Assembly (NCBI GenBank): GCA_964016885.1
Contig: OZ024745.1
Location: forward strand, 98,146,001-98,210,000
Origin: Eledone cirrhosa
Lineage: Eukaryota
Length of the DNA stretch: 64,000 nt
Direction: 5' to 3'
Every line of letters starts with the position of its first letter. The first letter of the stretch is position 1. The translations under genes were made by a program, and so were the position numbers. Of this stretch, positions 53,332-64,000 are shown piece after piece. The notes below the pieces were generated by a model, which was not told the DNA's origin, searched no databases, and was given only the letters and a program-made list of their open reading frames with translations.

Positions 53332-53423
53332 GTGTGTGTGTGTATTGTGTATGTGTGTGTGTGTATGTTTGTGTGTGTTTGTGTATATATATATATATAT
53401 GTGTGTGAGTGTTCGTGTGTGTG

Positions 53424-53482
<59 letters not shown>

Positions 53483-53496
53483 GTTCGTGTGTGTGC

Positions 53497-53576
<80 letters not shown>
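53332..53576. repeat. (GT)n/(TA)n microsatellite
   Basis: Direct read. Confidence 0.95.
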
Positions 53577-53579
<3 letters not shown>

Positions 53580-54754
53580 CCACTGTTGGAATCGGAGACA
53601 TAGGCCGCGAAACATGATCATCACTGACAACAAACTCGCAGAGATAATCCCTTATGGTTGATTCCCAACCTGCTAGAAATAGCAGTCAGGTTGTCTTTGG
53701 TGTTATAAAATTAGTATCAATAAACTTTCCTGGATATACTCTTATCCCAATCCTGTACATACTTTCCGATTTTCACTTTTCGTTTTTTTCGTGTGATACG
53801 CGAAGGAACCAACCATCAAACATCTCTCTTTTATATTATGTATAGGTTACTATATCTCTTTTATTTGTTCATTCAAAATATTTTTCAGCTAATTCTGTCG
53901 TACAATATACATCAGCAATCGTTATCTAATGTTTAAAACATATGAATAGCTGCTATATATATGCACCATATCAATCCAAAACGATATGAGAATTGAATAC
54001 CATACTAAAGCGCCAGTAAGCTTGCTAAGAACCTGCAGATAGAAATGTTAATAAATACAACATTTGGCTTGGGTAAACTTTAAGATGTTCTTTCATTGTA
54101 GGTTTCTTTTCTCCTTCTCTCCTTCCTCTCCTCTTCCTTCTTTATCCCCCCCCCCCTCTATATATATATATATACACGGCAAGGTTTACCGGCATTTTAT
54201 CTTTTCAGTAATCCCCCCTCCAATCCAGTGCAAAGATACCGCACGCCCCCTCAAGTCAGCGATGAGGTGGGGCGGGTTAACGTGCTCTGATGTTGGGTTT
54301 GAATAGATTTTAGGATTCCCCAGTTCAGCAGTCAGTACGTTAAAGAAAATTGATAGTTACAACAATAAAGGTTGAACAGAGAACACATTTTTTAACAAAC
54401 TTTACAATAATTTGTACAACCATAATGGAAATTCCAAGTAACATAAAATACATAAATTACATTGTTAGAGCCTCAGAGTATACAATATTTTTTGTTCGGC
54501 CCTCGGGAGCAAAGATGAAGAGATTGTTTGGCGAGTTCACCCTAGAACATCTTACATACAATTGACCATGGTTTTTCCAGATGAAGGCCAGCCACTGTTA
54601 GGGTTTTACCCTGAGCTTTGTTCATGGTAATCGCGAAGTTTGGTCTCTCTGTTGGTCTAGTAACATTTTTTCTTCTGGAAAATCTGATCTTGCGGCCAGG
54701 CTAGGACTTTTTGGGTGGCATATCGGCAGTGACAATGACAATAAGCCGTCTGTG

Positions 54755-55190
54755 CTTACGTGAAATAAATACACTTGTTTATATTTTGTTTTTGTGTATG
54801 CAAAAATATCTGTACACGAATATATAATTAAGCAAAGAATCGCTGCTTTCACCCTTAACGGGAACTTCTGAAACTAAAAAAGTCAATCTGTGAACGCAGA
54901 AGTAAATATTTTGAGAAACGTTGCAACCGAAAGAAAACAAAAAGATGATACTTTGGTTCGTGAAGACGTTAGGAATGTTGTATAACCGGAAGTGTTGGCA
55001 TTTGAAAATTTTAAAGAAGTGGATATTTAAATAATGTCTTTAATCTTTTAACAAAATTCCGTAGACGAAAATACCCTCACTTTTTTACTTGGAAAAAGTT
55101 ACATCTATGGTGCAAATTTGGTGCTGCTTGGTCCAGCCGTTTGGCGGAAAGTTTGTTACCTACATACGGTCGTCAGTTTTATAGTATAGA
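54755..55190 (-). mobile_element. Helitron-like fragment sharing internal segments with the 28015 Helitron
   Basis: Minus-strand start TCTATACTATAAAA at 55190; 54760-54925 similar to 28095-28295; 3' end not identified. Confidence 0.55.
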
Positions 55191-56199
55191 TTGAATCGTC
55201 AAGTATGAAATTTGTAGACATTTTTTTCTACAAATTACTACAAATGTCATACTTGACAACTCAATAGAAATAATTTAAAAGAATTGGAACGGAGTTAAGT
55301 TGTGGATTTATTTTATTTTTGTAGGTTCTATTTGGTGATTATTCACCTGTTCAATCCAATAACAATATTTGGAAAATTAATCAACGTCGAATAGATATAA
55401 CACATAAATAAACAAATGTAGAAGGCAAAATGGGAAATATTAAATCAGCTAAAATTCGCTTGCGACATAGATTTGCAATACCTAGTTTTCTATTTCACGA
55501 CAATTAACTTTCGAGCTAAATTTACATCAGGCGACCAACAAATTTTCTTTAGGAAAAAAGGAAAGCATTATACAAAATATTAAATATAGAATAAAGTAGA
55601 AATAAAAAAAAAAAAACTAATTATTATTCAAACTAATATTGATGCTTGTCGATGCAATCTATTTTTTTTCTTTCTTTCTGCGACTATACTTAATCAGTCG
55701 CAATCTTTTCGTGTGTTTATTTCGTCATTTCCTTCCGATTTACTCTAATCAACTTAGATCATTGCCAAAATAGTTTAGTAAGAATTCTTTTCTGGCGTAA
55801 ATTCATTTTTATAATATGGAAATGTGACGCCATTTCGTATTACTCTCGCCAAACAGAATCGATCTCCATACCATTTCTATTGCAAATAATAATTTGGGAG
55901 ACATAATACGAGCGAGTGTACAGTTCTTTATTCTATAACTTTGCGTGAACGTATGTCAAGTGATATCGTCAGCACCTCATCTGAAAGTTAATCTATGCTC
56001 CGTCATAGATTTAACTGTAGTTTCAGTTTTGTTTTATTGTTTTTTAATTATAATTTCAATTTCCCCAGCTAAATATAATTTCATTTGCTAATTTTCTCTG
56101 CGAACCTGATTAATGCTGGTGAAAAAACACAAAACATGACCGTCACACGATCTCATTCCCGACACCGTACTGAAAAATGTTTCATAAGGATTCGTTATA

Positions 56200-57312
56200 T
56201 TGGCATAAGGTCAGAAACTTTCTCCGAGTCAACCTAGGACTGCGGCTCAGTCGAATAGACGAGCTCTAGAAAGACGTGCCTGACAAAGGGCGACAACACC
56301 TGTTCACCGGTTCAGAATATTTGGAAATGATGTAATCTTAGAACCTGTTTGTGCATCATCAGTCACGATATGCCCAGCGTTCCACGCAAAGGGTGTTGCA
56401 GCAGATGGATCACATCATTAGTAGAACCTGTCCCTTCCACAAAAAGTTGAAGAGAGGGCGCTCTAGTATGGTGAGGGGCAGGACACATTGTACGCATTTG
56501 CCACCTCCCCGCGTTCTTTCAGGGATAGCTTCTCTCGGCACATTTTTGGGCGAGAGTGGCGAACATGCTCGTTACTTCAGCCCAGTTCTTATCCACCTGG
56601 AGGTCTGGACCAAATCATACTCTGAGCAACTTCACCGGTCCGTCCGTGCAGCTTCCAGCGACACAGTTGAACGACATGGATGTGCCTCTCCAGGTGCCGA
56701 TCTGCAAACCCATAGACTTGTCCGGATTGTTTTTTGTTCCCGTCAACGCTTCATATTCCTCTAAGAAATTGCCAACCACCTCGATGTGTTCGACACCATC
56801 ACGGTGATGCCGCCCACGTATGCCGACGAAGCCCTTCCATGCCCTGGCTCTAGGGGAGGGAGCATGGAGGATGGAGGGCATCCTTGACGAACCGAGCGCG
56901 CGATCTTGAACGGTTCCGATAGATGGCCATTTTCTTTGACCACCGGGAAGATGCTACTGTGCACTGCAGCGATCCAGCCTCTGATGACGGGACCAAAACC
57001 TTGAGTACAGCCTTCAGGTATCAATAGTCCACCCAAGATTTTGACTGATTCAAATTAATCAGAGTTCCATCGAAGTCAGGTTTACTCCGAACTCTTTATG
57101 TGATTAATCGCATGAGGTGGAGGTTGTGGTTTATAGACCTGACCCGGATTGCGCATATCTGTGCCTCCCTCACCAGGCTCTTGATGACAAGCGTCATCCT
57201 CGTTGCTAGTGCTTAGGCCAAAATCTTAAACTCTGTGTTGAGCAAAGTCATGGGTCAGAAATTATTCATAACATCACTCTTGCTCTCATATTTCCTCACC
57301 AGCGTTACTACT
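56200..57312 (-). pseudogene. Old Tx1 ORF2 RT fragment
   Basis: GFGPVIRGWIA, ENGHLSEPF..SVRQGCP, GLQIGTWRG, DGPVKLL. Confidence 0.85.
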
Positions 57313-57639
57313 TCTAGAACTACAACCCATACCCTAACCCTAAACCTAAACCTAACCCAAACAGTAACTCGGTAGTCAAGTCAGATTACACTAGAGATAC
57401 TACGGTAGACCTCACACTGAAGTAGCATTAATGTACAGGGGAAGGGGTTATTTCATTTTCATTTTTTTTTTATATACCACACCTTTCTAACACATGTGTA
57501 CAAAATTAACATTTGCCTCACACAGTCGTAACAGTTAACCGGAAGTGTCATATAAAAACGTGTCGGCCATTAGACAATAAAATACACCAATAATATATAT
57601 ATTTCACCATTTAATGTTATATTTAGTGGTTCTATACGG

Positions 57640-57945
57640 GAACATGTGGCAACAGCATGACTACATTGTTGAGGTCATGGTTTCCTTACTATTGCATGAC
57701 ACCTTGGGTAAGTATCGTTTATCATAGCCTCGAGTTGACCTATGTCTCGTGAGTGAAATTGGGCAGATGTAAACTGCCGGTAGCTGTAATTCAAAAGACC
57801 ACAAGGTGTCAAGTGGAATCTCCCTGAGAATATAAGTAAAAGGTATATGTTTCTATGGAATGCTCAGCTACTTACATGTTTATTTTACGAACATGCTGAT
57901 CTGTTGACTGAACAACTGAAGCACTGATCGTCGAAATCTACGGAG
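57640..57945 (+). mobile_element. Diverged CORE-like SINE
   Basis: caccttgggtaagtatc core; 3' part resembles 27130-27300. Confidence 0.45.
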
Positions 57946-58372
57946 GTCCACTCCACGGAAAGATTGATTGGAGGAGAGAGAGAGAGAGAGCAAGAGAGGC
58001 GAGTGAGAGAGATGGTGAGCAGGGGAGCGAAGTAGGGAGAGAGAGAAGGAACGAAGGGGAGGGGGGAGAATCGGGTGTGTACTTGAATATGCGAATGTGT
58101 TTATGTCTTCAAAAGAGGGAAAAGAGGGAATGAAAAACAAGGATTATTTCACACACACACACAGATACATATAATAAAATACACACAGATACACGCATAG
58201 TATAATACTAACCCGCAAAGTTATATCATGCATGTATTACATTACCATTCATCCATTCATCTGTGACACAATTATTTCTCTACCACATATACAGAGATAA
58301 TTAAACACACACATTCATTTACCTTTGCATGTTTATAGTCATATGTGTATGTACAGAGATACACATAGGTGT

Positions 58373-58441
<69 letters not shown>

Positions 58442-58446
58442 AATGT

Positions 58447-58580
<134 letters not shown>

Positions 58581-58679
58581 CATTGAGCTATATCTTTACT
58601 GTCATTTCTATAATATGAAGAGGGTGTTTAACTCCAACACACTCTAGTATTTTAATTTTATGTATATATATATATATAT

Positions 58680-58871
58680 ATAGGAGTAAGTAAGACCCCG
58701 ACGGCTGAGCTCAAGCCGTTTCGACGGCTAATTCTGTACTGAATTAGCCGTCGAAACGGCTTGCGCTCAGCCGTCGGGGTCTTACTTACTCCTATTACCC
58801 ACTCTACTACCCTAAGTATTGAGTACTTTGGTGCGTTATGGTCCACCTGGTTCCTTACCACTTTTCATTCG

Positions 58872-58872
<1 letters not shown>
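58680..58872 (+). mobile_element. Fold-back hairpin element D2 (55-bp arms 58680-58734 / 58741-58795, 6-nt loop, tail to 58872) in (TA)n
   Basis: ataggagtaagtaagaccccgacggctgag...aattc / gaatt...ctcagccgtcggggtcttacttactcctat. Confidence 0.85.
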
Positions 58873-58899
<27 letters not shown>

Positions 58900-58904
<5 letters not shown>

Positions 58905-59293
58905 CTTTATTTTATTTTATTTTATTTTATTTCATTTCATTTCATTTTATTTAATTTTATTTATTTAATTTTATTTATTTAATTATATCTTATATTATAT
59001 TATTTCATTTTAGTTTATTTTATTTTATTTTAGTTTATTTTATTTTATTTTATTTTATCTTATTTTATTATTATATTATATTATATTATATTTTATATAA
59101 TTTTAATTTTAATTTTATATTATTTTATTCTATTTTATTTCATTCCTTACCCTGTATCACTATTATCTGTATATTTTATATTTTATATGTATGTTTTTTT
59201 TTTATATTTTCTTATATATATTATAAGTCTATTTTTTACCTATTTTTCACCTATTTCTTATCTACTCTTACCTAATCCTATCTATCTTATCTA
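58900..59293 (+). repeat. 5' pseudo-LTR, visible matched part (T-rich)
   Basis: Near-identical to 63613-64000. Confidence 0.9.
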
Positions 59294-59541
59294 TTCTTGT
59301 CTGTTCTCTTATCCATGTGTATGCTTGTATGTAACTATATGTTGTCAGCACCCCGCCCAACTGTGACTGATAGCACCCCTTATTTTTCAATTATTTTTCA
59401 TTGTTTATTTTTCAATGTTTATTTTTATTTTTATTTTTATTTTTACTTCCTCAATATCTTTTATCTTTTATTATTTTTCATTCTTTATTTCTTCAATGTC
59501 TTGGATTTGTTATTGCTTGTGTGGTATGTAACTAACCTTTA

Positions 59542-59587
59542 TGCTCTGATGAGTCCCACTTATAGTGCGGATGAAACAATGTTAGCA
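59542..59587 (+). ncRNA. Minimal type I hammerhead ribozyme
   Basis: tgct CTGATGA gtcc-cac-ttata-gtg-c-ggat GAAAC aat GTT agca; stem I tgct/agca; predicted cleavage after 59583. Confidence 0.75.
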
Positions 59588-59796
59588 AGTAAAGATATGC
59601 ATATGCTATGGGCGTTCTTTGTTATTGATTATATCACGGCTCTGTCCTCAGACATCGAGCTAACCTTATACTGCCTGTTGGATAAGTGGAGTATTATACA
59701 CCCCTGATCCTCTCCCTAGTATACTATACGGCTCCCACTGGTTGAGCTTAAACTTTGATATACGTGGATTTGTATCCTTGTATATTAGCAGGCAGT

Positions 59797-62207
59797 ATGC
59801 TAACAAAGACATACTTACCCATTTCCTTGAAGAATATTCCCACTCCCCCTAAAATCTCATATGAGAAATCACTGATAACTAGCATAAACTCCTTCGTAAA
59901 ACGTGTTCGGTGGCGTGCGTTCCATTTTGATAAGAAGTATGATAGCCCTGAAGAGAAGCGTAGTTTTAATAATTATGGATTTAAGACATATAGGAGCCCC
60001 CCGCATAATAGCCTGTTGGATAACTTCGAAAGTGAGCTATTATCCCTCGTTAGGAATATTAGATATAAAAAATCTAGATGTACCAATAAATTTCAGAGTA
60101 AACTAAGTTCTATCGTTAGGGACTTTAGGGATAATAAATCCATTCTGGTCCCCTCTGACAAAACTAAAAACTTATATAGTATGGATTATAAAACCTATCG
60201 CGGCTTCATTTATAATGAACTACATAGGAACTACAAAAAAACAACGCAGAGTAATTTTGATAATATTAATCTGGAGGGGTATAACATAGTGGTAAAATTA
60301 GGTCTGGATAAACACACTCAGCCTTATTACCCCAAGCAGCCTAGATTCACCCTCAAGGACCACAAGGAAGATTTTATTAGCAGACCCTCAGTTAGGCTTA
60401 TCTGCCCTCCAAGTCTGACCTGGGGATTATTAGTAAGGGAATCTTGGATAGCGTTATTCCCCTGGTTAGAGAAAAAACTTTCCTTGAGCTTTGGGGTAAC
60501 ACTAGTGAAGTCATTGGGTGGTTCTCTACGGATTGTGGTCGTGACTCACTCAGATTCATCCAATTTGATATTGATGCTTATTATACATCTATATCTCCTA
60601 TTATCCTCAATAAGGCCCTTATCCTAGCCATGCAGAGGGGGGCAATTACAAGGCCACAGATAGATATTGTTCTCGCTGCACGTAAAACCATTATCATGTT
60701 TGAGGATAATCTATGGACGAGAAAAAACACACCTGATAATTTTGACATTACTATGGGGTCGAGTGATTCTGCTCAGGTCACCGACTTAGTTGGGCTATAC
60801 CTCCTCAATGAACTGCATAGTAACTTCCCATTCCTTAGGGGCGGGTTGTACCGGGATGACGCCCTACTCTCCATAGATACTAGTAAGTATAATATAGTGC
60901 GCATTAGGAAAAAGCTGCATAGCTTTTTTAAAACCTTTAACCTATCCATTACTATGGATATAAATGATAGAACTGTGAACTTCCTGGATGTTACATTAGA
61001 CTTGGATAACCATACGTACACACCGTCCCATAAGCCTAATGAATTGCTGACTTACTTGAATACCAACTCTAACCACCCTAGGTCGGTCATCAGCGGTATA
61101 CTGAAGGGCGTATCTAACAGAATAAGTTCACTCTCACATAGTGAAGCGGCGTTTGACTCGCAGGCTGATTACTATAATGATGCCTTAGCTAGATCCGGCT
61201 TTAGGGACAAATTGTATTATACCCAGGGAAATAATAGTCCTAATAGTAGCTCTACCAGTGTTGTTATAACACATAATATGTCCATTGGTAATAGAGGTGT
61301 CGCGAATAGGAGGGTTCTAAATGCCGGTGGAATGAACCAGCAGGGCACCATTAGTCTAAGTAATAGCAATGGTAGGCCTCGCAGCTCCCCGCATAAACTA
61401 GGTGAGCATAGTAACCGTAGAAATAATAATGCTAATAATAGTGATGGAAATAAAAAGAATAAAAAGAATAGAAGAAAATTGAATACATACTTCAACCCCC
61501 CTTTTAACTCTGAAGTGGCTATAAATATTCCTAGGGCCTTCTTCTCTGTGTTAGAAAGGAACTTCCCTCCTGGTAATAGGTACCACTCTATCCTCAATAA
61601 GAATGTTGTTAAAATTTCGTATTCTACAACCCAAAATCTGGCCTCTCATCTGGCCATTACTAATAATAGGAAAATAAAGGAAGGCCTGGACAACCTAAGC
61701 CTAGGGGAAAACACGGTAGTGGACAGAGGGAGCCGGAACACAAGTGGTGATCATTCTGAGAATAGCATCACCAGAAATTGTAACTGTAGAAGGGCTTCAG
61801 GCTGCCCCCTGAATGGTTTCTGCCTTATTAGAAACATAGTTTACGCGTGTGATGTGGTAACTACGGCGTCCACTAAAACCTATATAGGATCAACCTCCAC
61901 CCCCTTTAAGACCAGGTTTAACTCTCACCAGTGCACTTTTAGACACAATAAACTGAGGAACTCCACCTCCTTGGCAGCGTACGTCCACAATTTAAAAAAT
62001 GCACGAACACATTACACACTTACGTGGCGGCAGGTTGCTAAATCCCATCCATATACTCCTCATAATAGAGTATGTAACCTATGCCTTGCCGAATCCCACT
62101 CTATTATATTTGCTAAATGCCCTCTACTAAACAGAAAGTCAGAAATATTTTCCTCTTGCCCCCACCGAATATTAAGCTCTTTCTTCTACTTTAAACCTAT
62201 TAGCTAG
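59797..62207 (+). CDS. Penelope-like RT + GIY-YIG endonuclease (one frameshift near 60408)
   Basis: SLKNIP, RVRWRAFHF, YGFKT, SDKT, KDHKEDF..RLICP|KSDLG, FDIDAYYTSI, ITMGSSDSA, LYRDD, VNFLDV, CNCRRASGCPLNGFC, IVY..TYIGST..FKTRFNSH, CNLCLAE..LNRKSEIFSSCPH. Confidence 0.88.
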
Positions 62208-63612
62208 CACTTCCTTAATTCTCCAGTTGGGCTATCTTGTGTAACTGTCTCTTATTGTGTGTAACTGTCTCCTATTGTTTGTCTTCTATGTATATGAGTC
62301 AGTGAGTGTATACGTATGCCTGCGGGAGAATATTGATCTGGATATTGCGGTGTACAGGTGAGTGGGTGTGTATGTTAATAAGCACCCCTGTTTGGCACAG
62401 CGGATGTAACCCATCCACGTTCGCCTACCCACCATTGGTGCATTGGTGGGTCTATCCCGACGTGTATCTTGCGGATCTGTACCTCTGTATGCGCATGAGT
62501 TATGATGTAATGTATCTATGTAGAGCGTGTACTGTGATATAGGCCGCACAAATAGAAATTTAGCCTGTAACTGTGGGCGGACCTGTGCCATCTCGCCGTA
62601 AGCAGTAGATACGTGGCACATGTACGTGTTGCCCTCCTATTCTGTGGTTTAAGATCTACAGGCTGACTTCTGGGAGCTCTTGCCCGGGGTTGTAGTCTTT
62701 CTAGCACGATTGGCCTTCCATATATTGACGGTCGTTGTTATTATCCCGAAAGTAACGTTTTGGCCCCGATAGCCCTCCGTAGTTACTAACGGTCTGTGTA
62801 CACTTGCATCGGGCAATGGCACGTGCGGACATGATTATCTCCGTAGGATTTCAATTTGATTTATTTTACTGCATCTCATCGTATGTATTTATTTTGAATG
62901 TATTATCTGTGGTGGTGGGTCTTGCCTAATGTGGTATTTCTGTGTTTAATATCAGCTTTGACCCGGGTGTCCTACGCTGTGTGTGTGTGCGTGTGTGTCT
63001 GTGTATACATTTATATGTGTATGGGTGTAGGTGGTTGTATATGTCTGTATATAAAAATATATATATATGTATACCGTCTCTGCATATGCATGTGGTGTGT
63101 ATATGTGCATATACGTGCTGAACATATTGGTGTGTATAATCTTGAGATGTCCCAATGCGGTGACTTCATGATATTGGCTCTTGAAGCTATTTTTATATAT
63201 CTTTTATTTTTTATTTTTTATATATCTTTTGTATGCGCTGTTGAGTATGCATATTAACCCGCCTGACCCAACTGTGTCTGCTTGCTTTCGGCTAGCCCGC
63301 CTGCACCTGCTTGCTTTCGGCCCACCTGTCTGCCTCTTGCTGCTGCACGTGAATTCTCCTACCTTCCTTCGATGTACCTCTGTTGACCATTGGACTCCTG
63401 CCCGGGTGTGAACCGGTTTGTGATTACCCCACCGCTCAACTGTGTGAATGCACACCCGTGACTTTCGAGTGAACTTTTGAGACTGCCCAACCTGGGACGT
63501 CTCCATTGCATTGCAATGGTCAAGTGATACTGATAACTGTGACACTTAGTGCCTTCGTGGGCCCCTGATATATTCAAGAAATATATTCTAAAAAAATATA
63601 TATCTTATCTCA

Positions 63613-64000
63613 ATTTACTTTATTTTATTTTATTTTATTTTATTTCATTTCATTTTATTTAATTTTATTTATTTAATTTTATTTATTTAATTATATCTTA
63701 TATTATATTATTTCATTTTAGTTTATTTTATGTTATTTTAGTTATTTTATTTTATTTTATTTTATCTTATTTTATTATTATATTATATTATATTCTATTT
63801 TATATAATTTTAATTTTAATTTTATATTATTTTATTCTATTTTATTTCATTCCTTACCCTGTATCACTATTATCTGTATATTTTATATTTTATATGTATG
63901 TTTTTTTTTTATATTTTCTTATATATATTATAAGTCTATTTTTTACCTATTTTTCACCTATTTCTTATCTACTCTTACCTAATCCTATCTATCTTATCTA
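63613..64000 (+). repeat. 3' pseudo-LTR (truncated by window end)
   Basis: Near-identical to 58900-59293. Confidence 0.9.

Larger units (their letters stand above)
58900..64000 (+). mobile_element. Near-intact Penelope-like element (Naiad type) with partial-tandem pseudo-LTRs
   Basis: RT + GIY-YIG ORF; direct repeat 58900-59293 recurs at 63613-64000 (runs off window); hammerhead upstream of ORF; 5' end at (TA)n. Confidence 0.88.

Noticed and set aside
59797-63612. Selenocysteine recoding/SECIS as reported for some Naiad elements
   Set aside because: No in-frame TGA in the reconstructed ORF; the break is a frameshift and the stop is TAG

Overview
Eukaryotic, AT-rich, microsatellite-dense intergenic window with no recognisable host gene. 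The repeat content resembles a mollusc or cephalopod (octopus-like) genome, which is an inference. Almost everything is mobile DNA. It contains: an intact two-ORF Tx1/L1-clade LINE (minus, 1-5907) head-to-head with an intact R4/Dong restriction-endonuclease LINE (plus, 5935-9621) across one (AAT)n tract; four more Tx1 copies; RTE LINE fragments; tRNA-derived SINEs; non-autonomous Helitrons; and two Penelope-like (Naiad-type) retroelements, one nearly intact with pseudo-LTRs and a hammerhead ribozyme, one decayed. The most notable signal is eight long DNA fold-back (hairpin) elements of about six unrelated sequence families. Most share the layout (TA)n-arm-loop-inverted arm-tail-(TA)n. One family carries a hammerhead ribozyme in each arm, with compensatory base changes between copies, and is the terminal repeat of the decayed Naiad element at 43.7-46.0 kb. 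Tx1 subfamilies appear to be microsatellite-targeted, (AAT)n versus (TATC)n.
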